IMG/VR virus record: IMGVR_UViG_2529292909_000013
Location: 1-21,728 of that record
DNA: 21,728 bases
Reading direction: 5' to 3' (one strand)
Origin: a virus
Lineage: Duplodnaviria; Heunggongvirae; Uroviricota; Caudoviricetes
Numbering within the stretch: position 1 is the first letter of the stretch; every line of letters starts with the position of its first letter. Shown here piece after piece: positions 7,629 to 15,238 of this stretch. The notes under the pieces were generated by a model that saw nothing but the letters and a program-made list of their open reading frames with translations, was not told the DNA's origin and ran no database searches. Both the position numbers and the translations under genes were made by a program.

Positions 7629-7994
7629 ATGACTGAACGCATAGAATTTGTTTTGCCTTACCCGCCAACGGTGAACACTTACTGGCGACGTCGTGGCAGC
7701 ACATATTTTGTATCAAAAGTCGGTGAGCGTTATCGCCGTGATGTGGCGCTTATTGTTCGCCAGCAGCAACTGAAATTAAACCTGTCCGGAAGGCCGGCAA
7801 TAGAAATTATTGCAGAGCCACCGGATAAGCGCCGTCGTGACCTGGACAATATCCTGAAGGCACCACTGGATGCACTGACGCATGCGGGGCTGCTCATAGA
7901 CGACGAGCAGTTTGATGAAATTAATATTGTGCGCGGTCAGCTTGTTCCTGGTGGGCGGTTGGGGATAAAAATCACAGAACTGGAGTACGCATGA
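7629..7994 (+). CDS. rusA: RusA Holliday-junction resolvase
   Basis: 121-aa product with the RusA hallmark pattern (LPYPPTVNTYWRRRG, DKRRRDLDNILKAPLDALTHAGLLIDD, GGRLGIKITE). Confidence 0.85.
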   Translation: MTERIEFVLPYPPTVNTYWRRRGSTYFVSKVGERYRRDVALIVRQQQLKLNLSGRPAIEIIAEPPDKRRRDLDNILKAPLDALTHAGLLIDDEQFDEINIVRGQLVPGGRLGIKITELEYA

Positions 7995-8680
7995 ATAACC
8001 AGTATTTACAGTTTGTTCGTGAGCAGCTCATTATCGCCACCGCCGATTTGAGTGGGGCAACAAAAGGTCAGCTTGAAGCCTGGCAGGAGAATGCCATGTT
8101 TGATACAGGGCGTTACAGACGTAAAAAAATCCGGTACCGCGATAAGGTCACTGGAAAAATGGTAACGCTGGATAATCCACCGATCCCGGGAAAGCAATCG
8201 CTGGCGAAAGGTTCATCAATTGCCCTAGTCAGTCCGGTTGAGTTTTCGACATCATCATGGCGACGCGCCGTTCTGTCTCTTGAAGAGCATCAGAAGGCGT
8301 GGGTACTGTGGGTATACAGTGAAAATCCGAGTTGGGATTATCAGGTGGTCATTGCGAAATGGGCGTGGGATAAGTTTCAGGTGCATTTTGGCACCAGAAA
8401 AATTACAGGGAAAACGCTTGAGCGTCTGAAGAAATTAATCTGGCTGGCGGCGCAGGATGTCAGGGGGAGGATTACTGGGTGTGACGTCTACCAGCGACAG
8501 GAACTTGCCAGACTGTGTGGAGTTAAGTCAGACAACTGGAGCCACAATTATGCGCACTACTGGCGTGATATGTGCGACATTTTTAAGAACCTCGACAACG
8601 AATCTTTGATTTATACCATGAAAACAAGATCGCAACAAAAAGCGACCTTTTCGCGGCGGGTTATTGCAAAAGTCAATTAA
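7991..8680 (+). CDS. Late-gene antiterminator Q-like protein
   Basis: ATGA start/stop overlap with rusA; 229 aa; canonical Q position directly after the nin/rusA genes and before the late region. Family assignment rests on position and size, not on a recognised motif. Confidence 0.5.
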   Translation: MNNQYLQFVREQLIIATADLSGATKGQLEAWQENAMFDTGRYRRKKIRYRDKVTGKMVTLDNPPIPGKQSLAKGSSIALVSPVEFSTSSWRRAVLSLEEHQKAWVLWVYSENPSWDYQVVIAKWAWDKFQVHFGTRKITGKTLERLKKLIWLAAQDVRGRITGCDVYQRQELARLCGVKSDNWSHNYAHYWRDMCDIFKNLDNESLIYTMKTRSQQKATFSRRVIAKVN

Positions 8681-8952
8681 ATCGCGTACATTTCGTGTAA
8701 ATCTGATATTTTGCTGATTTTGTACACGATGGCAAACTAAACAAAGCCTGCTGCTGAGCGGGCTATCTTTTGTCGTAAGTTGAGCGAAAGACCATCGATT
8801 TTACCTTGCTAAAACTATTCTGCTATTGCCGAGTTACCCTTTAGGTAATACACTCATCTTATAAAAGAAAGTGGTTGTTAGCCACATAGGTTAGGATGTG
8901 CGCATACTTTGTTTGTGTGCTTTTTGTGTTTTATCTGTTAACGGAGGGGAGC

Positions 8953-9180
8953 ATGCCGAAATATCTAACACTTGCCGCTCGCGCGATCCTCTCACCTGAG
9001 AAGATCATCAAAAAAATTGCAGATATAGCTTCCATGTGTGATGGAAAAGAAGCTAAGCATGAAAGTGACAAGTTTTTCATTGATAGTAATGGTTCGATGG
9101 TTTTGAATCGCAACAACGCTGATGTGCAAAAGGCTTTCGCAGCCAATATTAAGGGATTGAGTACTAAGAAGAAGGGTTAG
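8953..9180 (+). CDS. Small lysine-rich soluble protein, first gene of an A+T-rich two-gene cassette (unknown family)
   Basis: ATG 8953 with strong GGAGGGG RBS; 75 aa; no hydrophobic segment; region is A+T-rich by eye compared with flanking phage genes. Confidence 0.5.
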   Translation: MPKYLTLAARAILSPEKIIKKIADIASMCDGKEAKHESDKFFIDSNGSMVLNRNNADVQKAFAANIKGLSTKKKG

Positions 9181-9186
9181 TCTTCT

Positions 9187-9984
9187 ATGTGGGCTGCGCT
9201 GATTGTTATTGTTTTAGTTTGTGGTTATCACTATACCAACTGCCATTTGCCGTCACGATACCGTCAAAGCAAAGCGATCGGTTGGAATGCATACTTTGAT
9301 GTTGCACTGAAAGGTGGTGAGTTTCTCATAAGTGGTATTCTTATCGCTGCCTTATTGGTTGTTGTTCTGTACGCTGGAATGTCACTTTGGAACATTCCAG
9401 CGTACTTGTTTGGTTGGTACGCTCCCTTTACTTTCGCCCATGACTTTCTCAAAATGCGAGTGTTTGGGTTGAGCATGTTCCCTGCTATGTCGATAGCTTT
9501 CACTATTATTGTAAGTATCGGGAAGGCATCAGAGGCAACCAAAAACCATAAAGACCCACAAAAGCGCAAGGCTATTTTTGAAGAAATTGCGGCTCATAGT
9601 GCCGTGGAAAATATCCTTCTTGAATCAGTTGAGCGTGGATTGTTATTGTTGGTTACACTGAAGTCTCGCAAGGTCTATGTGGGGATGATTGATGAGGCAC
9701 GTTTCAATCAGTTAGATACTAACACATTGGTGCTAATCCCTTTTATGTCCGGGTACAGAGATAAAGATACTCTGACTTTTTGTGTTGAGCATAATTATGT
9801 GGACTACTACCTTAGTCAGGGTATCACATTAACTTCTGAGCCATTGTCAGTTTATCAGTTTAGGCATGTGTTGCCCTTCGATCAGATCGAATCTTTTTCG
9901 CTGTTTAATGTTGAAACATTCGAGACTTTCAAGGCAGGTATTGAAGGGAAGAAGGCCACTGAAGTACAGAATCAAACAAGTTAA
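9187..9984 (+). CDS. Multi-pass membrane protein with about 150-aa C-terminal soluble domain (unknown family)
   Basis: Starts 6 nt after the upstream stop; 265 aa; hydrophobic segments at roughly residues 2-14, 45-75 and 92-112, then a charged soluble domain; followed by an intrinsic terminator. Confidence 0.55.
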   Translation: MWAALIVIVLVCGYHYTNCHLPSRYRQSKAIGWNAYFDVALKGGEFLISGILIAALLVVVLYAGMSLWNIPAYLFGWYAPFTFAHDFLKMRVFGLSMFPAMSIAFTIIVSIGKASEATKNHKDPQKRKAIFEEIAAHSAVENILLESVERGLLLLVTLKSRKVYVGMIDEARFNQLDTNTLVLIPFMSGYRDKDTLTFCVEHNYVDYYLSQGITLTSEPLSVYQFRHVLPFDQIESFSLFNVETFETFKAGIEGKKATEVQNQTS

Positions 9985-10003
9985 GGTTGTTACCTCATTA
10001 ATT

Positions 10004-10030
10004 AAACCCGCCATTGAGCGGGTTTTTTGA
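10004..10030 (+). terminator. Intrinsic terminator after the two-gene cassette
   Basis: aaacccgc-cattgag-gcgggtttttt hairpin plus T-tract. Confidence 0.6.
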
Positions 10031-10146
10031 TGCCCGAAGTGCGGTACATTAAACGCGCTGGTAGTTATTAATATCGGTCTTTCAGCTTGCTGGCTTTTTC
10101 GACAAGAGTTATTGGTATGTCACGTTAACCAGAAAAGGGAAAAGGC

Positions 10147-10344
10147 ATGCTAAAACAGCAGGATATGACCGAAACTGCCAGAGTGGTGTTTAATGAATTA
10201 AGCGTCACCGAACCGGCGACCGTCGGGGAAATTGCGCAGAATACTTACCTTTCACGCGAACGTTGCCAGTTAATACTGACCCAGCTTGTTATGGCGGGTC
10301 TGGCAGATTATCAGTTCGGTTGTTACAGACGCCTTCCTCAGTGA
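10147..10344 (+). CDS. Hypothetical small winged-helix-like protein
   Basis: 65-aa ORF with AG-rich region before the ATG; HTH-like stretch PATVGEIAQNTYLSRERCQLILTQL. Confidence 0.35.
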   Translation: MLKQQDMTETARVVFNELSVTEPATVGEIAQNTYLSRERCQLILTQLVMAGLADYQFGCYRRLPQ

Positions 10345-10494
10345 AGGCTTTTTTATTTGTGGTAATGGGCGGCTGGTGGGTGTTAGCGGCACCTGCCAGC
10401 CATCTGCTCATGCGTTGGGGTCACAAGCAAACCTCAGGCCCATCTGCTTTGCGCAAAAGCGGTATGAGCCTATCAGAGAAGTGCTTATTGATCT

Positions 10495-11544
10495 ATGGCT
10501 AATACTGTAAAAATATCCAGTTGTGAGTTAATCAACGCTGATTGCCTGGAATTTATCCAGACCTTACCGGAAAACTCTGTCGATCTTATAGTCACAGACC
10601 CGCCATACTTTAAAGTGAAACCCGAGGGCTGGGATAACCAGTGGAAGGGCGACGATGATTACCTGAAGTGGCTGGACCAGTGTCTGGCGCAGTTCTGGCG
10701 GGTGCTGAAACCTGTCGGAAGTCTTTACCTGTTCTGTGGTCATCGCCTGGCATCTGATATCGAAATCATGATGCGTGAACGCTTCAGTGTGCTGAACCAT
10801 ATTATCTGGGCGAAGCCGTCCGGACGCTGGAACGGATGCAACAAGGAAAGCCTGCGGGCGTATTTCCCCGCCACAGAGCGCATTCTGTTCGCGGAACATT
10901 ATCAGGGGCCGTATCGTCCGAAAGATGCCGGGTATGCGGCGAAGGGCAGTGCACTGAAACAGCATGTGATGGCCCCGCTGATTTCTTACTTTCGTGATGC
11001 GCGCGCGGCCCTGGGGATAACGGCAAAACAGATTGCAGATGCCACAGGAAAGAAAAACATGGTGTCGCACTGGTTCAGTGCCAGTCAGTGGCAGCTACCG
11101 AACGAAAGCGATTATCTGAAATTACAGTCGCTGTTTGCCCGGGTGGCAGAAGAGAAACATCAGCGCGGTGAACTGGAAAAGCCCCACCACCAGCTGGTGG
11201 ATACGTATACGTCACTGAACCGGCAGTATGTGGAGCTGCAGAGTGAATATAAGCATCTGCGGCGGTATTTTGGTGTGACGGCGCAGGTGCCGTACACGGA
11301 TGTGTGGACACATAAACCGGTGCAGTTCTATCCCGGGAAACATCCGTGCGAAAAACCGGCAGAAATGCTGCAGCAGATAATCAGCGCAAGTAGCCGTCCT
11401 GGTGATCTGGTTGCGGATTTTTTCATGGGGTCGGGTTCAACGGTAAAAGCGGCGATGGCACTGGGGCGTCGTGCGATTGGTGTTGAGCTGGAGACCGGAC
11501 GTTTTGAGCAGACAGTCAGGGAAGTTCAGGATTTAATCGTTTGA
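10495..11544 (+). CDS. DNA methyltransferase (beta-class amino-methyltransferase, N6-adenine or N4-cytosine)
   Basis: 349 aa with the catalytic motif DPPY (IVTDPPYF) near the N-terminus and an FxGxG-type AdoMet motif (FFMGSGST) near the C-terminus. No adjacent restriction endonuclease gene. Confidence 0.8.
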   Translation: MANTVKISSCELINADCLEFIQTLPENSVDLIVTDPPYFKVKPEGWDNQWKGDDDYLKWLDQCLAQFWRVLKPVGSLYLFCGHRLASDIEIMMRERFSVLNHIIWAKPSGRWNGCNKESLRAYFPATERILFAEHYQGPYRPKDAGYAAKGSALKQHVMAPLISYFRDARAALGITAKQIADATGKKNMVSHWFSASQWQLPNESDYLKLQSLFARVAEEKHQRGELEKPHHQLVDTYTSLNRQYVELQSEYKHLRRYFGVTAQVPYTDVWTHKPVQFYPGKHPCEKPAEMLQQIISASSRPGDLVADFFMGSGSTVKAAMALGRRAIGVELETGRFEQTVREVQDLIV

Positions 11545-11593
11545 AACGGATGAGATTGCAGAATTAATTACGCACCATTATTATTCTGCTCCC

Positions 11594-11669
11594 GGCCCTT
11601 TAGCTCAGTGGTGAGAGCGAGCGACTCATAATCGCCAGGTCGCTGGTTCAAATCCAGCAAGGGCCACCA
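11594..11669 (+). tRNA. ileZ: tRNA with CAT anticodon (Ile2/Met type)
   Basis: Cloverleaf folded by hand: acceptor GGCCCTT/AAGGGCC, anticodon loop cTCATaa, T-loop TTCAAAT, 3' CCA encoded. Symbol follows Stx-phage naming. Confidence 0.75.
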
Positions 11670-11676
11670 TCACATA

Positions 11677-11753
11677 CCGCCATTAGCTCATCAGGAAAGA
11701 GCGCCAGCCTTCGAAGCTGGTTGCGCGGAGTTCGGGTCCCCGAAGGCGGTCCA
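11677..11753 (+). tRNA. argN: tRNA-Arg (TCG anticodon), slightly non-canonical
   Basis: Anticodon stem CCAGC/GCTGG with loop cTTCGaa; T-loop TTCGGGT; one mismatch each in acceptor and T stems; CCA encoded. Confidence 0.55.
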
Positions 11754-11766
11754 TTATCTGTATCCT

Positions 11767-11843
11767 GCGTTGTTAGCTCAGCCGGACAGAGCAATTGCCT
11801 TCTAAGCAATCGGTCACTGGTTCGAATCCAGTACAACGCGCCA
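11767..11843 (+). tRNA. argO: tRNA-Arg (TCT anticodon)
   Basis: Acceptor GCGTTGT/ACAACGC, anticodon loop cTTCTaa, T-loop TTCGAAT, CCA encoded. Confidence 0.8.
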
Positions 11844-11855
11844 CACTTATTTTCC

Positions 11856-11882
11856 CTGGCTCGCTTTTGCGGGCTTTTTTTT
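11856..11882 (+). terminator. Putative intrinsic terminator after the tRNA cluster
   Basis: gctcgc-tttt-gcgggc hairpin (one G-U pair) followed by TTTTTTTT. Confidence 0.45.
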
Positions 11883-11887
11883 AAATG

Positions 11888-12105
11888 TCTCACAATTCAG
11901 GCGGTTGACTGTTGTCTGGTTTGCGGGGAGTTTGTTAAAAGAAACTGGCATGGTGAATCCCCCTGTGCGGAGGGGCAATCAGCGAGTAGGTATATGGGAT
12001 AATCGCGGATTCAGGTGCTGGTACTGAATTCACCGGGAGGCACCCGGCACCATGCAATGGCACATAGCGCCACTCTCCAGCCCCTCTCCGGAGGGGCTTT
12101 TCTGT
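11888..12105 (+). repeat. Copy A of a tandemly duplicated module of about 220-235 bp (TTGAC hexamer, two hairpins, intrinsic terminator)
   Basis: Shares with copy B, in the same order: CTCACAATTCAG, TTGAC(T/A), hairpin CCCCCTG(T/A)GCGGAGGGG, hairpin CACCGGGAGGCACCCGGCACCATG, terminator CCCCTCTCCGGAGGGG + T-run. Confidence 0.6.
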
Positions 12106-12355
12106 GCCGGATACATCACAGTTTCTGGAACCTTAGGTACTACAGTATCAGTCAGGGTGCTATATTTTCAGATGTGATGAAAGCCTGTCAGCAGGCAGGG
12201 CGTATCGGAAATGACCCAGTAGAGAAAACGTTGACTCAGATACCGGTGCTGAGTTACCGGGAAACCGGCATCACATGACCGCTATCCTTCCAGGCCCATC
12301 CGCTCCGGTGGGCCTTTTTACTGCAGAAAACAGGTTCCCCGTTAAATGCTATGTT

Positions 12356-12590
12356 GCTCACAATTCAGTAAGTTGACAGTTGCCTGTCAGACTGGGCATT
12401 TGTTAAAAAAATTTCGCATGGTGAATCCCCCTGAGCGGAGGGGCGACTGGTGACGGTATAATCTCTGATTATCAAAACGAGAATGACGCGGGTTTAGTGG
12501 CACCGGGCTGAACTCACCGGGAGGCACCCGGCACCATGTGCATGATGATACAGATACGCGGCTTTAGCCCCTCTCCGGAGGGGTTTTCTT
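12356..12590 (+). repeat. Copy B of the same module
   Basis: See copy A. A further intrinsic terminator (ggcccatccgctccggtgggcc + T-run, about 12293..12320) lies between the copies. Confidence 0.6.
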
Positions 12591-12818
12591 GTGGGCAAAA
12601 AAAGCCCGCGCTGGGAGACGCGGGCGGCAAGGAATAAACAATAAAACGTGAAGTAATATTTCAGCTGGCGAATAATATCCGACAGTAATCACTCTGCGCA
12701 ATAGCGCGGCCTTTTTCGTATTGCGGGCTGTTGTCTCTCTTCTGCCATTGTCCTGTAACTTCCGGACTTCAGCCCGCTCCTCATTTTACTCACAATATTA
12801 TCCCGGCCGGGAGGATTC

Positions 12819-14195
12819 ATGGCATTTAAACACTATGATGTTGTCAGGGCGGCGTCGCCGTCAGATCTTGCGGAAAAGCTGACACATAAACTGAAAGAGG
12901 GCTGGCAGCCGTTTGGTAGTCCGGTGGCCATAACCCCTTATACCCTGATGCAGGCGATTGCAGCAGAAGGTGATGTGGTCGTCAGTGGTGCAACTGAGCC
13001 GGAGTGGTACTACGTCATCGTACTGGCCGGGCAGTCCAATGCCATGGCTTACGGTGAAGGGCTTCCGCTTCCGGATTCATACGATGCGCCCCATCCGCGC
13101 ATTAAGCAACTGGCCCGTCGTAACACAGTGACTCCCGGTGGTGAAGTATGCGTATTTAACGACATCATTCCTGCTGACCATTGTCTGCATGATGTTCAGG
13201 ATATGAGTACGATTAACCATCCCCGGGCTGACCTGAGCAAAGGGCAGTACGGCTGTGTCGGACAGGGCTTACATATTGCCAAAAAACTGCTTCCGTATAT
13301 CCCTAATAATGCGGGGATCCTGCTGGTACCATGCTGTCGTGGTGGTTCGGCATTCACCCAGGGCGCGGAGGGGACATTCAGTGCGGACACGGGGGCCAGC
13401 CAGGATTCGGCACGCTGGGGTGTGGGTAAACCGTTATATCAGGATCTGCTTTTCCGCACGAAGGCAGCATTGCAGAAAAACCCGAAAAACGTTTTGCTGG
13501 CGATATGCTGGATGCAGGGGGAATTCGATATGACGAATGCCAGTTACGCCCAGCAGCCAGCAGCATTTCTTGCAATGGTACAGCAGTTCCGTGCTGACCT
13601 TGCCGGGCTGGCGGCGCAGTGCCATGGCGGCAGTGCTGCAGTTGTACCGTGGATTTGTGGCGACACGACGTATTACTGGAAAAACACATACGGCACACAG
13701 TATGACTCCGTCTACGGCGCGTACAAAAACAGGGAGAGCGACAACGTTTTCTTTGTGCCGTTCATGACCGACGGTAACGGCAACAACACGCCCACCAACT
13801 TACCGGCAGAAGACCCGGATATTGCTGATGCAGGTTATTACGGCGCGCAATCCCGTAGTAATGGTAATTGGGTATCGTCAAATCGTCCGACACATTTCAG
13901 TTCATGGGCGCGCAGGGGCATTATTTCGGATCGCCTGGCAACCGCTATTCTGAACGCAGTTGGTCGAACCAGCGCCTTCATCAGCGGTACCGCACCGGAG
14001 ATTAAACCCTCGCCCGGCGGCGACACGCCATCGGGGCCGTCTGATGGTGACACATCCGTTCGTACAGTCTCCCTGCTGCCGACAGCCGGAGAGGCTGCTG
14101 CGCAGGGCTGGACCATCACCGGCGGCAGTGTTGCGCTGGAAGATGGTGTGTTTAAGGTTACCGCGTTAACGGAGCGCGGCGTTGTCCCCTCATAG
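12819..14195 (+). CDS. Prophage NanS-p-like esterase (sialate O-acetylesterase family)
   Basis: 458-aa ORF with GGGAGG RBS; resembles the nanS-p/yjhS-like gene found downstream of the tRNA/stx region in Stx-type lambdoid phages; contains the VIVLAGQSNAMAYGE segment and a Gly/Ser/Asp-rich C-terminal tail. Confidence 0.6.
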   Translation: MAFKHYDVVRAASPSDLAEKLTHKLKEGWQPFGSPVAITPYTLMQAIAAEGDVVVSGATEPEWYYVIVLAGQSNAMAYGEGLPLPDSYDAPHPRIKQLARRNTVTPGGEVCVFNDIIPADHCLHDVQDMSTINHPRADLSKGQYGCVGQGLHIAKKLLPYIPNNAGILLVPCCRGGSAFTQGAEGTFSADTGASQDSARWGVGKPLYQDLLFRTKAALQKNPKNVLLAICWMQGEFDMTNASYAQQPAAFLAMVQQFRADLAGLAAQCHGGSAAVVPWICGDTTYYWKNTYGTQYDSVYGAYKNRESDNVFFVPFMTDGNGNNTPTNLPAEDPDIADAGYYGAQSRSNGNWVSSNRPTHFSSWARRGIISDRLATAILNAVGRTSAFISGTAPEIKPSPGGDTPSGPSDGDTSVRTVSLLPTAGEAAAQGWTITGGSVALEDGVFKVTALTERGVVPS

Positions 14196-14658
14196 TCGCC
14201 TGTCCGGTGCGATGGTGGAAGAAGCCGGATGTTTATCACTATTAATTGATGACACAGAAATGGATTCATTGAATTTCAGCACGTTTTTGTATTCGTGTTA
14301 TTGAACATCTGTTTATTTACTTTTAACATATTGATAATAAAAAGAGCTGTAAATCTTTAGATGAGTCGATTTTGTCCGGGGAAGTTCAAATGGATTTTAT
14401 GCTGACGGTTTCTGGTGTGGTTATCCTGTCCATTGCTTATACTGCAGATAAATATGGCTGCCATTTGTTATCACGTATTGGCGCTTATTGTTCGTTGATG
14501 CTGATTTTCTCGTCGCTTTTTTGAGTAAGTTATATTAATTATAACAAATAATTTTCTGTGTTATTTTCAGGCTATCCCGTCAGAGGGGAAGCCTGTACTG
14601 CCAGGGAGCGAATGGAAAACTGATGTGTCCGGTAACTGCGTGTTCTGTGAACACCATG

Positions 14659-14844
14659 TTACTTAATTATGTAATTCATACCCGAACTCTCTGTTGACAG
14701 CCTTCTTCTGCAGGCTTCAATAACCCACGCTGAAAAGTTTCCTGAACCTTTCAGATCAAGAGCGATGTTAATTTGTTCAATCATCTGGTTTGGAAATCGG
14801 ATGTTGCGGGTTGTTGTTCTGCGCGTTCTGTTCTTTGATGACAT
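14659..14844 (-). CDS. Small ribbon-helix-helix-like protein (DUF3950/YlcI-like)
   Basis: 61-aa minus-strand ORF; strand-helix-helix pattern RNIRFPNQMIEQINIALDL...FSAWVIEACRRRL typical of RHH DNA-binding proteins; sits just upstream of cos/Nu1. Confidence 0.45.
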   Translation of the reverse strand: MSSKNRTRRTTTRNIRFPNQMIEQINIALDLKGSGNFSAWVIEACRRRLSTESSGMNYIIK

Positions 14845-15019
14845 AATGTTTCCCCATATTCAGTGTTGCTGATTTGTATTATCAGAAGTTGCTTTTACGT
14901 TAATTTGACGCAGATCAATTAATACGATACCTGCGTCATAATTGATTATTTCTCGTGGTTTGATGGCGTACACACATGTTGTGATAAACCTTATATAGAT
15001 GATAATCATTATCATTTCG

Positions 15020-15230
15020 TGGGTCCTTTCCGGCGATCCGACCGGTTACGGGGCGGCGACCTCGCGGTTTTTCACTATTTATGAAAATTTTTCAGGGAAA
15101 ATCGTGTCGGTACTTCTCGAATATAACTTTTTGTTTTTTTTAATATTGCATCCGTAAAGGTCCGACATGAAAGTGTCCGAAAATGCCTTTTTCTGGCGTT
15201 TTCATGTCGGGCCTTGTATTTGATAATGGG
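15020..15230 (+). other. Lambda-like cos site (cosQ-cosN-cosB)
   Basis: GGGCGGCGACCTCGCGGTTTTTCACTATTTATGAAAATTTT at 15051.. is near-identical to the lambda left end (12-nt cohesive end GGGCGGCGACCT). The preceding GGGTCCTTTCCGGCGATCCGACCGGTTACG matches the lambda right end. Inverted repeats GTCCGACATGAAA / TTTCATGTCGGG (about 15165..15215) look like cosB R-sites. Confidence 0.75.
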
Positions 15231-15238
15231 TTGTTTTC

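Noticed and set aside
10564-11070. 168-aa minus-strand ORF
   Set aside because: Antisense inside the DNA methyltransferase gene, whose plus-strand product carries DPPY and FxGxG motifs.
11721-12278. Plus-strand ORFs 11721..12002 and 12015..12278
   Set aside because: They run through tRNA genes, terminator hairpins and the tandem repeat module; no RBS; translations have no protein-like character.
11888-12590. Possible CRISPR array suggested by the repeated hairpin-containing units
   Set aside because: Only two long (about 220-235 bp) diverged copies separated by about 250 bp; no short regularly spaced repeats and no cas genes.
11844-12818. Shiga-toxin (stxAB) genes expected between tRNAs and nanS-p
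   Set aside because: No ORF of suitable size with signal peptide or AB5 subunit character in any frame; the region is filled by repeats and terminators.
13196-13767. Several 60-106-aa ORFs on both strands
   Set aside because: All nested inside the 458-aa NanS-p-like ORF, which has an RBS and a continuous protein-like translation.
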